Of a stretch of DNA of 64,000 nucleotides, positions 24,835 through 38,373 are shown piece after piece. The DNA lies in contig RSEE01000028.1 in NCBI GenBank assembly GCA_003971905.1, forward strand, positions 620,001 through 684,000, in the 5' to 3' direction. Below the pieces are notes generated by a model. The model had not been told where the DNA came from, did not search any database, and worked only from the letters and a program-made list of their open reading frames with translations. The DNA is from Moniliella sp. 'wahieum' (Eukaryota). Numbering within the stretch: the first letter of the stretch is position 1; every line of letters starts with the position of its first letter. Both the position numbers and the translations under genes were made by a program.

Positions 24835-25552
24835 GTTCGAAACACGAAAACGAGACACCACGTGTACTGTAAAAATCGTTTCCTTTTCTTCTTTTTGTGG
24901 GATGCGATGCAGGTAGAGACAAATATGGTATGGGTGTGGTGGCGGTACCAAAGTGTCTGTGGGCGGAGACGTTTGGTCTGTATACTTTTTGTTCCTGGCG
25001 GGCCTGGAACTTTTAAGAAGACAAGGCAGGGTTCAGCGTGGTGGATGGAGGATTGTAATCAGAGTCACACGTCATGTAACTTTGAGCTTCAAGCTTCAAG
25101 AACGGTTGCCCGTATCCTTTGCGAAACTGAAGACGTGGTGCCCCACTCGAAATGTCAAGAGCACTTCCAATTTCATGATGCATCGGAGGCGGAAAGTGTG
25201 GGGGCCTAAAGGCCCTCAGCAGCTTGAAGCTTCAACGTCAACGCCCTTGGATTGAACGCACAGTTGAATGATTAGCGCGAATCTTTCGCGTCCGCTGCGT
25301 GACAATCTACATCCATGTGTTGGCCACTGCTATACGCAGGCAGCAACGTGCGACTCCCAACTACTTCCGTCGTCGGGCTGGCTACGCCGACCTGACAGCG
25401 CGGTTTTGTGTGCGGGGAAGCTGACATAATCCACCCCTTGCATCTTCACCGACCCCCAGGCAATGGCCGACGCGATCACCGCGAACACGCGAACACAGCC
25501 ATCACCGCCATCCTCCTTCCCATCCTCCATCCCCTCTTCCCTCCCACCGCCC

Positions 25553-28221
25553 ATGTCGCGTGGCATCCTGGACGCCGGGGCGAGCCCGCCTACCCGCCCC
25601 CGCCCGCCCCCTCCCGTGCTGGCTCTAAGCGCCCGCGTGGGTACGAGTACTATGGCTACTACCTACTACCCCCCCGCCACCTCACGTCCACCCGCCGCTG
25701 GTCCCGGCCGCCACGGCTACCCCAACCAGGGCTGGTACGAATACGAGTACGTACGAGTACGACCACGACCGCAACCGCCGCGCGCCTCCCCCTGTGCGCG
25801 ATCGCTGGTACCGCGACGAATGGGACGCGTACTATGAGCAACCGCCGACGCGGCGCCTGGGACGCGTATGATCGTCAGCGCCACCACGACTATTGGGATT
25901 ACCCACCTGGTCCCACCCCGCGCTCGACGCCTCCAGGCCCTCCCCTCCCCTCCCCCTCCCCATTCCTCGCGGCCAGGACAAGCATCGGTTCCGCCTCTGC
26001 TTCCACTTTTGCCTCCGCAGCCCCCTCAGCCTCCACCATCCCCCCCCGACCCCACAGGAATACTGCACCCGCTCATCCCCATTCCCATCCCCATCCCCCA
26101 CCCCCTCCTTCCCATCCTGCGCAGATGCGCGCACTCGCCTCCTTCCTTATGCACCGGGGCCTCCGGCGCCCAGTTCCTCAGACCACCCGAACCGCCGGTC
26201 ATGGCCGACCCGTACAAGGAGAGACACTGATGCCCTTTAAAGCGTTTGCGCACTGGTTGCGAACGCGCCCGGAGCCTCACAGCGCATATGGGGACCAACC
26301 CTGGAATGAATACCAGGACTACCGCGCCATTGTGCTCAAGCGCCATTGGGGACGTTCTCTCCAAGCCCACCAGAACCACGCTTGGTTCCAAGAACGTTAC
26401 TCACTCTCCCCCGAGTTTACCCTGCGCCGTAATGCACAAGTTCCAAGGACGCCAAGAACGTAAGCCGCACTGGCTGACCGAGTTGGCTCAGGGCAAGCTG
26501 GATGCGCTTACGGGGACGTCCAGCTTTTGAACAGGGAGGAGAGACAGAAGGAGGAAGAGGAGGTGGAGACTATGGAGGAGAACAAATCCGACCGCCGCCG
26601 TGGTTCCGCACCCTCCCTATGGGCTGCTACAACGCGTCTGGGCCTCTCTAGGGTACTCCATGGCAACGAGAAGGTAGAAGACTCAATGCCCCAACTGCTT
26701 CTTACCAAATCTATGCTGATGCCGACCGTGCTGAGTTGGAGGCGATCTTGGTCCGCGTAGCCGGGGACCAGTTCCGCTACCTTGCTATGGGCGAGCCAAG
26801 GGAGACCAAACGTTGGTCCCGCAATGGATTTGCTGTCTTCGAACCTGGCACCGCGGTCGACTCAATCGCAACCCAATTGTCCCACACCTCCTTGGGTGGT
26901 CAGCCTCTCCAAGCTCGTCGTCCAGACCGAAACGCCACGGCACGAGTCCGCGTTCGCACCATGCCTCATCATGCTGGCCCGCGGTTTTGGCACGACCTGC
27001 TCCAAGCACAGAACTGGTAGCCAAGTTGGAGCAAGAAGATCACAATGAGATTTTCGTTGTGGACGTTGTCTTGCCCACAAAGCAGGCTCGTCGACAAGCT
27101 TCAGGGGACAATTCGGAGGCTGGCAAGACCGAGGACGAGGCTGCGGCCAGGGATCTGGTAGCGGAAGCCCAAACGTGGCTTGCGACTTGTGTCACCGATG
27201 CGATTGCCGCACGAGTACAGGATCAATTTGCCATTCCGTTTGACCAGGTTGCCAGCGCGTTTGAGACCGCATCCACGGCCACAGCCACGGCCTCCCCTGC
27301 CTCCCCTCTCGAGCATCGCCGCTCCCCAACCCCACCGGTCAAGTGGGAGAATCAACCGAGTTGACTTCCCGCCAAAACACGTTGGAGTTGGCTTTGAAGC
27401 GGGCTCTCGACCTGCACATTGATGCGCTGCGGGAAATTTGGCACGTGGACTATTACTCGGGCCTGATGCGTGACTTTGAGGAAGAACTGGTACGAGCGGT
27501 ACCGGTGGTGGCACGGCGTTACCTCCCCGACGATGTGACGGCGACCGAGTCGGCGAATCGAGCGCTCAAATTGCTTGATGCTAAGCTGGCCCAGATACTT
27601 CATCCGGACCAGGTGGACCTGGCTGAGCTAGGTGGCAAGCCGCTCGACAAGGAGGTGGAAACTCTCCTTTCCCCCTTTATCTATGAGGTAACCCCTGAGC
27701 GGCACCGTTGTATGGTCCCCCTCACCGATCCGAGTACAGGGGAATCCAAGGTGTGTGGCAAGCCCTTTTCCGCCCCCGTCTTTGTCCGAAAACACTTCGC
27801 CAATAAACATCGGGCCTGGTACCAGGCCCAAACAGAGCCTGTACTGGACCAGGCTCGCTTGCTGAACCAGTACGTACTGGATCCTAACCGGCCCGTGTTG
27901 TTGAGCTCAGCGGTGGCACGAGCCAAGGTCGAGCACGAAGAAGAGGAAGCCCCACCAAGCCAACGGCCGAAGCGCGATGAAGGACCTCTGGCCGCTCGCA
28001 TGGGCGTACGAGCAGCCCAGCCAGGTGCTCCTGCTGTTCGTCGATCGTTCTCGGATCGGTCTTCACCTCTGCCTCTGCCTCTACCTCTGCCTCTGCCTCT
28101 ACCTCCACCTGGAGAGCGACCAGATCCACGTACGTTAGACCCACGCGTTAGCAGGGTGGGACGAAGCTACCAAGATCTGGACGATGCGCCTGTCCGAGGT
28201 GGAGTGGATCTGTTGTATTAA
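25553..28221 (+). CDS. Ars2/SERRATE (SRRT) cap-binding-complex effector
   Basis: LMPFKAFAHW..EYQDY..HAWFQERY, RRM-like middle region, C2H2 finger C..CGKPFSAPVFVRKHFANKH, YVLDPNR, terminal SYQDLD..LY. Start codon uncertain (25553 or 25834); multiple indels. Confidence 0.85.
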
Positions 28222-28368
28222 TCCTGTGCTGTTGCCTACACTCTGCATTCTGCGCTTGCCGCTTGGTTTCGTGACAGGAAAGATACATGACGGTACTAGT
28301 ATAGGTTGTGAAGTCAAGTCGAGTCGATTCGATTTGGTTCGGGTTCGGTTTGATTCAAGGTAAGCTAG

Positions 28369-29199
28369 TTACGAGGCCACCTCAAGAATAGTCTGTATAA
28401 ATCGATCGGGATCATGGGCAAAGCGACCCAAAAAGAGGCCATCCACCCCGTCTTCGATTTTACGGAACGTGCCGGGCCCCGCCGAGCCGCCATAGAGAAT
28501 GCGAATCGACGCAAATTTGCCCCCCTCAGAGCAAAGATAGGGCTTGGCGAGCGCGCGCAGCGCCTGGGTGATCTCTACCACGTACTCGGCCGAGGCTGGC
28601 TGAGACGCACCAATGGCCCAGACGGGCTCGTAGGCCAAGATTACCTCCTTCGTAGCGGTTTCGGGCTGGGACTCGGCCGTACCCTCGGCAGTAAACACGC
28701 CAGCGACTTGTTGCCACACCTCGGCTACCGCCGCCTGCTTTTGGGACGCCACCGACAAGTCGTACCGTCCCACCTCGCCTACGCAGATAAGCGGCGTCAA
28801 CCCCACCGACAAGGCCGCTACGGCCTTTTGGACCACTTGCGCATCCGTCTCGCCAAACAACCGACGCCGTTCGGCATGGCCCAGCTCGACCAACTGTGCA
28901 CCCGCCTGGCGAAGAACGAGGGGAGAAACTTCCCCCGTGTACGCACCCTTGGGCTCAGAAAACGCATCCTGCCCCCCCACCCAGATGCCCTGGGGCGCAA
29001 CCGTCTGCTGCACTGCACAGAGCGTGACAAAGTCCGGAATGAGGAAAATGTCGGTGGCGTACGTATGCGCCGAACGCGTGGCAGCTACTTTGGTCGCGAC
29101 TGCCTGGGCGTAACTCAGTGTCGTCGGCAGATCAAAGTACATCTTCGTCGACACGCCTACCAGTCGGCGCCGGCCAGAGGGAGCAAGAGGAAGCGGCAT
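28369..29199 (-). CDS. Atypical triosephosphate-isomerase family protein (SxKMY type)
   Basis: Intact 276-aa ORF with VGVSTKMYF replacing GNWK; GAYTGEVS, ELGHAERR, AYEPVWAIG, ILYGGSAGPG, GLFLGRFAH. Confidence 0.9.
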   Translation of the reverse strand: MPLPLAPSGRRRLVGVSTKMYFDLPTTLSYAQAVATKVAATRSAHTYATDIFLIPDFVTLCAVQQTVAPQGIWVGGQDAFSEPKGAYTGEVSPLVLRQAGAQLVELGHAERRRLFGETDAQVVQKAVAALSVGLTPLICVGEVGRYDLSVASQKQAAVAEVWQQVAGVFTAEGTAESQPETATKEVILAYEPVWAIGASQPASAEYVVEITQALRALAKPYLCSEGGKFASIRILYGGSAGPGTFRKIEDGVDGLFLGRFAHDPDRFIQTILEVAS

Positions 29200-29544
29200 G
29201 GCGGCGGAGGGTACGTTGGATAGACGCCGGCCGGTGGTGGAGTTGGCGATGGGTCAGGTCAGTGCGCCATTCATTGATTATCCTCAGCCTGGCCCCTGCG
29301 CAAGCCTGCGCCCCACTAGTGGCTGGGGCAGCGATTGGGGCGCGCGGGGCAAGAAGACAACAACCCTATCGCCCCTAACCCCGTGGGGGCGCGAGAGGGT
29401 CATCCGGTCATCGATAATCGATACTCGGTAACTGGTAGCCCATCGTCACCGACACCGATAAGTCATCCGTCAGCCTGATTGGCCTGATCGGGCAGACCGT
29501 CCGGCCCGCATCGCCTCCACCTCCTACCCACGGCGCCCGGAGGC

Positions 29545-30139
29545 ATGCCATTACGGGCAAAGCTGCGTGGCGCGGCCGCTCCTCTCGCTCTCGTCCCCCT
29601 CGGATTGCCCCCCCCCCCCCAGTCTCCCACGCGCAACCCCAGCCCAGGACGCGCCTGTCGCCAGTCCCTCTTCGACGCTTGGCCCGTAGTCTACACCGAC
29701 CAGTGCACCGGCCATACCGACCAGGAGCTTGAATCCTTTCTCTTTGGCGATGACGTGCCCCTCTCTGCCCTCTCGAAGCGCCCATCGCTGCGCGCCTCGC
29801 CTCAAAGGGTACCACCTACCGCCTGCCGCCGCCACTCCTCTCTCTTACGTCGACGACGTTGATGAGATGGGGGCCCATAAGCGTACCGCCCCTCTCCAGC
29901 CCCGGTCGTGTCGCTATCACTTCGTATTACGACCCGCGGGAAGATGGCTTGGACTGCTTCCTTGGGTAGTATCGACATGGGTATTACGTCTTGCTTTCTT
30001 TTTTTGCGCAGCACGGCCTTCGTTTTGGTCTGTTGGTATGGTGCCTCTGGCCATGGGGACGGCTAACGTGGTCGGTTGGGCCGAACATACTGGCTTCACC
30101 ACGACTCATTCGCTTGTGCTTGAGATTGAGATCTTGTGA
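29545..30139 (+). CDS. Possible hypothetical protein divergent from the TPI-like gene
   Basis: Coding-like ORFs 29545..29862 and 29729..30139, the latter with a hydrophobic segment; no recognised domain. Confidence 0.25.
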
Positions 30140-30650
30140 CCAATCCGGATTTTGGTGGCTGCGCCAGTCATCTCCCTGCTCTTTAGGTTCTCCCTACTCG
30201 TCTTGAGGTCTCGTCTGATTTGTTGCCCCTCTCCATCCTGTTGTTCGTCGCCGTTCGGCGCTCTGCGCTCCATACCGTCTTGGTGCTTGATGAACTCGAT
30301 GGACTTGATGGAGGGTACGCTCTATGCGTTCTCCCCCCTAAATGGGGTTTTGCCCGTGCGCATTTTTGCACCCTTGTATACTTTGCCCGGCCCTTCGTTG
30401 CAATAGTGAAGTGTGAAGGTGGATCGCTCGTTCCTGTCGTGTACCCACATCATGGGACGTGGGTCCATGGGTCATGGGACCCTGACACGTTCGTACGGAG
30501 CGCCGCTTGGTTCCTGTGCTGCCTTGCACCCTCTGCGTCACCAAGTAAATGGCACAGACAATCCTCTCTCCCGCTCTTGGGACTCAGGCTGGAAACGAGT
30601 GGGTGTGTGCTGGCCAATATGGTCTCGGTTTACTTCTTGGCGTTTCCTCA

Positions 30651-30673
30651 CTTGAAGCTTGAAGCTTGAAGCT
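30651..30673. repeat. (AAGCTT+G)n heptamer array
   Basis: CTTGAAGCTTGAAGCTTGAAGCT. Confidence 0.85.
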
Positions 30674-33345
30674 AGCTCTTGTTGGCAAGATCTGGATCCA
30701 CTTGGAAGAGCTTAATCATTCTACCTTTTGAAGCTTGGTGGATCCGATTGATGATCCTCCGTTCTCCGTGGCAAGATCTTCGCCCTGCCCATCGGGAGAC
30801 AGTTTGCATTCGTCTGGAGTTGGCCGGGCCACGATCATCCTGATTGAATAGGATTAATGATTCGCCAGGCCCCACAAGATCCCAAAAGGTCCCAGAAGAT
30901 CCCAGATCGGGAACGAAACTGACGCGGCGCGCGGGCCACCGGCCACCCACTTTATGGTGGCATCATGCATCATGCATCATGCAACATGCAACAGACATCA
31001 TATGGCCTGTCCCCACGGGGAAAGAGAACGCAGATCCACAGATGACAAACCGGTCCACGTGCTAGCAGCGGTGAACTTCGCCCGATGTCTCCGCCGTCCC
31101 CTGCCGTCTCATGTTTCGTCCCTAGTCCCTAGTCCTTCCCTGGTTTCTAGTCAGATTACTTGACCGGAGAGCAAACCCTGGTTGCCGGAGGCTCTCCTTA
31201 GGCCTTAGGCCTTAATTATTCTGAAGCCGACAGAGCCACAATCAATTACAGCACCCATCGATATACCCATCCTATACACACGCGCATCATTAACGGCATC
31301 ACTGCGTCATACCAGCACGTTGCAGGTTACGCCGATGAGCGACGGGATCATCAATCATCGATCATCTTAAATCATCGATCTGTCAACTTCCCAAGATCTC
31401 ATATCTCAACGGAGTCAACGTCACAGTCTACTGGCCTGACCGGCTGACCAGGAGCTGTTTGTTTCCTCTCGTGCAAAGGATGCTAGCAACATGCGTCACG
31501 AACAACTGTTGGTGGTTTCCGCTCTTCTGAGACACACTGACACGCTGACCGGCTCAGCGCTGACGCGCTGACGCGGACTCTGGTACCCCAGAGTACCTCA
31601 CGAATCACGTTCTTGGCAACCATTTCGCCGGGCAGATATTTATCTCAGATCTCCGCGCTCATTAATTCCTTACTCTCATTCGGAGTATTTAGCTCAACGC
31701 GCTCACCGTCAGTACTCAGTCTGAGTATACTCTCACTGAGTTCTCAGTGTCTGTACCAATTCGACTTTTTCCGAGCTGGTCTAACGCGGGCGGCCATCGA
31801 CGCGCGACGGTAGGCCACAGAGATTGCCCTCAATTGATTGAACATTGACTCCGGTGCTGGTAGGATAGCGATCCCTCGGTCTCTTTGAGAGAATATAGGT
31901 CGATCAGATAACTACGAGTAGCTGATGCTGTACGACAAAAGTGCTCGATCGTGCGTGCTCCAGGCCGGATAGTCGAAGCTGAATCCTTTGGGGACAGTAG
32001 AGGCAACGACTCAGTCTGGGTACTCAGGGTCGGGATCGCTTGTTTGGGCGCGTCATGCAATGCCCGCTTGCGCCTAGAGGGGGACCAGAATGACGTGTGA
32101 AAATGGCTGATATGTGACAGTGACGCGTGCGCGTAACACCCGAGCAAAAGCAATGTGGACCAGCTAGCAGGGGCTAGCGTTGGCTAGCTACCAAGTAGCA
32201 AACACGGCATCTATTGCATGTCACATATCATGTTCACACCGTGTTAGTAGTGACGCCGATTTGATATTGGGATCTGAGGATCTGAAGTGGAGAGCTCCAC
32301 CTGAGCTTCGTGGCAGGTGACTTGAAGCATGAGGTGCATGGAGCTTGGGCACCTGGGCGAGGGGCGGACTGGAGATTGCGCAGGTTGCGATAAGATCCAA
32401 ATTCCCCGAGCTGAAGCTGCTGAAGCTGCTGAGCGCCGAAGCTTCGCTCGAAGCTTGAAGAAAATGAAGCTCAGATCGAGGGAGAATGAGACGATTCGAA
32501 CAGCTAGTAACTAGGAATCGATGATCACTTCGACCCCCTAGTCACTTGAAGCTCTTGAAACGCTGAAGATTGATCGCTGATCCCGATAGACGAATGATGC
32601 GTGAAGGATGCCGCATGGCTGATCGATGGTCAGCAAAGTGTCGCGTGATAGGCGACAAGCGAAGCGTGATGTGTGCAGGACGTGCGGCGTTCTGGTACTG
32701 GCGCCGTGCGGGGCCTAGTTTCTTACCCCCGCACGCCGTCTCAACCGCAGTTGTCCCGCCCGCACGGGGCCAGTCTGCTGCGCTGCCCCACGACTCCCAA
32801 CTGGACCAACTTCGGTGGGATGCGGTAACCCCGCCCTCGCCTCGTCGCTTCCTCCCTCGGCATCATTCACATCATCCATCGCCCTCGCCTGGGTCTTGCT
32901 GGGCGGCATCGGCTTGTTTCCCTCCCCCCTCCAACCCTCCAACCCTCCCGCCACCACCACTTTCGTGCTTTGGCCCACACCAGTGCAACACCTGTGCACT
33001 GTTCAGCTCCCCCAACCATCAGTATTACCTATCGGGGGCATCCTCTTCTTCCGCCGCGGTTGGATCCTCCGTGCCTCCCACCGCGCAACTGGGCTTTCCA
33101 ACTACTGTGCCTGTCTGTGTCCCCTCTTCCAAGGTATGTCCCGCCCCTCCCCCCCATTCTCTCCCCATGAGCGGGTTGCGGGTCGACGTCACACTGCTGA
33201 CCGTATAACCAATCCTCAGCCTCATACCCACAACACACGCGGCAATCTCGTTTTTCTCCCCTCTTCTGACCTGCCTCGTGCGACGCGAGCTATTTTTCCC
33301 CACCACCTTTTTCCCCTCATCGCCGTACCAGTTTTGTACCTCGCC

Positions 33346-33702
33346 ATGTCCACAGATCTGGACGATCTCATTTCCTCCTTCAAGCAGGTTCATGCCGGTG
33401 GCCGTGGACAAGATTTGCGCCTAATGCGGGAATCGTTGTTCAATTCCTTATCCAGCCATGCCTTGGGCCCCGCTAGCCATCCAGATCCGAGCGCACTGGG
33501 GCTGTCCAGCTCCGGTTTGCACGGAGGAATGGGAAGAATAGCCTGCCCGACCTCCTTGTCCCGCTCTGCATCCCAACAACAGCCTCCTCCTCCCTCCACA
33601 CCGCTCTCGGGACAGGTACAAGCACCTCCCTTGGACTCCTATCCGGGAACGACCGTAGCACCTTGTACCCTGTCGTCGGATACAGCGTCATCGCGTTCTT
33701 GA
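33346..33702 (+). CDS. Small hypothetical protein
   Basis: GCCATG context, MSTDLDDLISSFKQVHAGGRGQDL.. Upstream canonical intron 33134..33219 (GTATGT/GCTGAC/CAG) is consistent with a 5'UTR intron. 3' end uncertain. Confidence 0.5.
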   Translation: MSTDLDDLISSFKQVHAGGRGQDLRLMRESLFNSLSSHALGPASHPDPSALGLSSSGLHGGMGRIACPTSLSRSASQQQPPPPSTPLSGQVQAPPLDSYPGTTVAPCTLSSDTASSRS

Positions 33703-35018
33703 GAGAGAGAGAGGGAAGCGGGACGGGTGTATGGACTCTTGCGTCGCGCTGCACCTCTGCTCCTGCCTTTTTCCCTTCCTCTGCCTCTATCCCGATTTTG
33801 CTGTGGGTGGATCTGTCTCGGCGTGAAAGAGGATGGCCAGTGTCCGATCCTGTTCACGCATGGTCCTGATCCTGACGGAGACACCCTTTGCTTTCCTTTT
33901 CTTCTTCCTTTCTGCCCACGGGAGGGGCTTCGCTTTGCCTGTTTTTTTGGAGTTGGGGATACGTTGATCTCCCTGCGTATCTCTCCATCGTCCGCCTCCC
34001 TTCGTCCCGATCATATCCTGGTAGCTATACGTTTACCCCTGCCCCCCCCTCTCCGCCGCTTTTGGCATCCACATCAACCCCCACGTCCCATACTCTACAT
34101 GAATGCTTAACACATTGTTTACATGGGGACATTGTGTGCACGGGAAGCGTGTGGTGGAGATGGAAGTGGAGGCGGAGGCAGAACTGAGGATGGGGGGAGG
34201 TTTGAGGTCTGATGCATGATGGCCTGATAGGCGGATTGTTGATCCGTTGGATGGCGCACCCCACTCTGTTGTCAGTATTAGTAGTTCTCACATGCATCAC
34301 CCCAACAGATCTAATCGAGCGATAATCGATAATCGAGATAATCGATAACCGGTGGAGTGGGCCAAGTCATCGATCCCTATCATCATCACCCCCACGCGCT
34401 ATGCACCATGCGTCGTGGTCTCGCGGGGTCACGTGCTCCCCACGTGCGCGCCCCACGTGAAAGCACTGCGACACTGGCGTGCTGCGGAGCGAACGGACGG
34501 GAAATGGTGGGAAAGGGTAGGAAAGGGCAGGAAAGCAGGGCCGCATTGACGTCATGCGCGTCATCATGACTCGGACCCCTCGTCGGGGAGTGGCGAATGG
34601 GTGGGTACAGAGTGCGGGCGTCTGTCTGCTGGGACGGCAGAAGTATTTGCGAGTGTCGGCAGATTGTGTTGGTTCAAGATGACCTTGACTTGAAGATTGA
34701 ACGTTTGAACCGTTCATTCAACGCGGACCGGCTGAGCGGCGGACCGGCGGACCGGCAGTCCGGGCCGGGGCGAGGCCGAGTGCCCAGGTTTCATCATCCG
34801 GCATGCGGAAGCACGGCACCGCAGCTGGATTGAACATTCAGATCCCACCTGCTCCCTTCGTCGTCGTGTCTCTCGTCAAACTCGCGACCGCTGAGCTCAG
34901 CCGCCCAGCAACTCAACTGTGGCTGCCTGCGTCCCTCCATCTCGTTCCTCCCGCCCGGCCACCGCAGCCCCCCACCCCCACCCCACCCCCACCACTGCCG
35001 CGTGCCCTCGTCGTACCC

Positions 35019-36185
35019 ATGTCCAGCGAAGATCCCCTGACCCCCTTCGAGAATGCGCTGGCCGGCGCCCTCGGCGGTGTCTTTTCCAATGCCACCACCT
35101 ACCCCCTTGACACGGTCAAGACCCGCCTCCAGGCTGGCTCTCGCTCCGAAAATGGGGAAGCAACCCACGATTCCACCCTAGGGACCGACCCAGGTCTTTT
35201 CAAGGGCGTCTTTCTCCTCGCCCGCGGCGAAGGGGCCAAAGCGCTGTACAAGGGCTTCGGTGCCAACATGGCCAATGCCTTCCTCACTCGTATGTCCCCT
35301 ACCTTTCCCGCCTTGCTCTTGCCCCACCGCATATCACGTCATTCCATCCTCCTTCCCTTCCCCGCCGGCCTTGGCTAACATGCCCCCCCCCCCCCCCTTC
35401 TCCTCCTCCTCAGAGTTTGCCTACTTTTACGCCTACGCCAATGTGCGTCGCGTCTACTTCCGCCTCATTCTCCGCATCCCGCGAGGAACCAAGCGCCCCG
35501 TCCTCTCCACCGCCATGGAGCTGATCCTGGGCGCCCTGGCCGCTGCCATTTCCCAACTCTTCACCATCCCCGTAGGTGTGATTGCAACGCGGCAACAACT
35601 GGGTGCCAAACCTTCGCCCAACTCGCCTCGGACTTCCCGACTGGCTCATGAACCTGCCTCTTCCTCCCCCCTCGGCGCGGCCACGTTGCGCCTCAAGAAA
35701 CTGTGGCTCGAACTGCTGCATGACGAAGAGTCCATCGCAAGTGTCACGCGCGACATTTACCACGAAGATGGCATCTCGGGCTTCTGGCGCGGCCTCAAGC
35801 CGTCGTTGGTCTTGTGCGCCAACCCAGCAATCACCTATGGCGTGTTTGCACGGATCAAGAATGTGGTCATGGCCGCCTCGGGCGATTCGAGAATGACACC
35901 CGGCCAGTCGTTTTTGGTCGGGGCCCTGTCCAAGTCCCTTGCCACCATCATCACCTTCCCCTACATCCTCGCCAAGATCCGATTGCAAGCACGTAACACC
36001 AGTTCACCTCGGCTTGGCGCATGCTGCTGTACATTGCCAAGACCAACGGCTTGCGCGGTTGGTACCAGGGCATGCAGGCCCAAATCACCAAGGCTGTCAT
36101 CTCCCAGGCACTCTTGTTCTGGGCGCGCGAGTACCTCGAGATCTGGACCCGAGCCCTACTGGCCATTGCGGGCGCGAAGAAGTGA
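35019..36185 (+). CDS. ANT1: Mitochondrial carrier family protein, peroxisomal adenine nucleotide transporter-like
   Basis: YPLDTVKTRLQ, EFAYFYAY, TIPVGVIATRQQ, GFWRGLKPSLVLCANPAITYG, GALSKSLATIITFPYILAK. Intron 35290..35413. Confidence 0.88.
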
Positions 36186-36904
36186 GGCAGGACAGGAGGG
36201 GGACCCGGCGGCGCAGTGGCGCTGGGATAAGGGGGCAGACGGACTTTTCTCTTGTCGGTTGCAGAAGAGGGAATATCGAGCCTCGTCGCCACGTGCCATC
36301 TTATCTCCTGCACGTCGAGCTGGTGGTTGTGGTGTGTGGGTGGGTGGGTGCGATGTGGGGCTAGAATACCCTGGGCGTTCATTGCATGCGGGCCTGCTCT
36401 CGTCGAGGCGAGGATGGTGAGCAGGAAGGATCACCAAGCAGACCTTCTATGGTGCTGGCACTTTTTGATGACGACCGCTGCCGTTTCGCACGTTGATAAG
36501 CCGACCCAACCCCCAGCCACACTGGGCTGCCCAGGTGCGTGAATATTTTTCTTCAGTCCCATGGAATGGCACTCGATAATCGACCATCGACAGGCTGTCA
36601 TATTGAATGCCCTAGTGACGTGACACACACCATATCACATGTCACATGTCACACCATACGCATCAGCATTCCCCCGCCTCAATCGGTGCAAACACCTAGT
36701 AGTGCCCAATCCAATAACCCTATTTTCAAGCCATGGCATAAGAAAAGCAAAATGCGGGAGCGTTGAACACTGGGCTGTAGCTACTGGGCCGCAGCATCAA
36801 CCCTACTTTGCGTCCCACCCATCCTCTGATTTCGCTCCCAGCGTCCCCCCAACCCCCGAGCGGCCAGAGCTGTTTGCTTTCGACGTACGCCAACAACCGT
36901 CAAG

Positions 36905-37635
36905 ATGGTGAGTAGCACCGCTATGCTGTTGTGCCTCAGGTGGTGGGCGTGCTAGATGACGGGCACCGACATGGATGTACACCCATGTGCCCCTTCGACA
37001 GCACCGGCTGCCGCCAGGAAGAGAAGAGACTAGGGACAACGCGACTGACTGGGATTGTTGTGCAGGGTGTGGACATTGCCAAGAAGCACGTCAAGAAGGG
37101 CAACCGCACGGCTCCCAAGTCGGAGGACCCCTACCTGCTCCTCTTGGTTAAGCTCTACCGCTACCTCGCCCGCCGCTCGGGAAGCAAGTTCAACAAGGCT
37201 ATCCTCAAGCGCCTGTATATGAGCAAGGTCAACCGCCCGCCCGTGTCGCTTTCGCGTCTGATTTATCTGACGCGCAATGCTGGCACCACCGGCGCGGACG
37301 CCAAGACGGTCGCCGTGGTGGGCACCATCACTGACGACAACCGTCTGCTCGAGGTCCCCCGGGTCTCGGTGGCCGCCCTGCGTTTCACCAAGACTGCCCG
37401 TGCCCGCATCCTGGCTTCCGGCGGCGAAGCCCTCACCTTTGACCAGCTCGCCCTGCGCGCCCCCATGGGCAAGAACGTGGTGCTGATCCGCGGCCCTAAG
37501 AACGCGCGCGAGGCCGTCAAGCACTTTGGCATGGGCCCTCACTCCAACGCCAAGCCTTATGTGCGTGGCAACGGCAAGTCGCGCAAGCGCGAGATGGCCC
37601 GTGGCCGCCGCAAGTCGCGCGGGTTCAAGGTGTAA
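36905..37635 (+). CDS. RPL18: 60S ribosomal protein L18 (eL18)
   Basis: ATG 36905-36907, intron 36908..37065 (GTGAGT..CAG), then [24 protein letters not shown]...[12 protein letters not shown]. Confidence 0.97.
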
Positions 37636-38373
37636 GCCAGCGACTGGAAACCGATTTCCAGTTCCCTCTCTTTGCCTTCTCCGCTCCTCTCCTCTCCGCT
37701 CCCCCTCCTCCCCTCTTCCATCCTTTTTCCTTCCCCTCGCCGTTCCCCCGAGTCGATGGCTCGCAAAAATGTGCTTGGTGCACACACACGCTCTGTGCGC
37801 CCGCTGGGTGCGCGGTGCCCCTGTTATGCTCCGGATGTATCCCGCCTCCCCTCTGTCTATATGAACGAGAGTGGCGTGCGGGCGGTGTGGTGTGCGGAGT
37901 GGTCTATGCAATATGCGCCTGGATGCTGGGGGATGGGTTGGACTCGAGTTGTTAGTTGCCAGTGAGGCCAGTGGCTAGTGACTAGCGAGGCCTCCATTCC
38001 TGAGGCGCAAACCAAGTAGCGAATGAGATCAGGTGATCTGAGGTAGTGCATCGTGGCTGCATGGGCGGACGAGGATGTTGCACCGACCGAGACCCAGACC
38101 TGGGCAAAGCACACAGGCGCTGTGCGGGCAGGACTGGCGGAGTTGGGCGGCGGGGCAGGCGACGACAGGTGAGATGCATGACAGCGAAGCGCTAACATTT
38201 TGGTCCGCTGCGCCACAGTGCGACGTCCTGCGCTCGCGCATTTCTCACTCCCCCCGCGCCCAGCTGCTGCTGCGGGCTGCCGGCGGGGCATCCGACGGCC
38301 TCCTGGGCTTGATTGGCTTGCCACCACCGCCCCTTCTCCCCCACCACCATCACCGCCGTCACTGCATCCAGCC

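Noticed and set aside
23877..36185. Peroxisomal gene cluster (crotonase plus ANT1-like carrier)
   Set aside because: The genes are 10 kb apart with unrelated genes in between; no evidence of clustering.
36908..37065. Intronic box C/D snoRNA in RPL18
   Set aside because: No canonical RTGATGA box C; the CTGA present is explained by the branch point.
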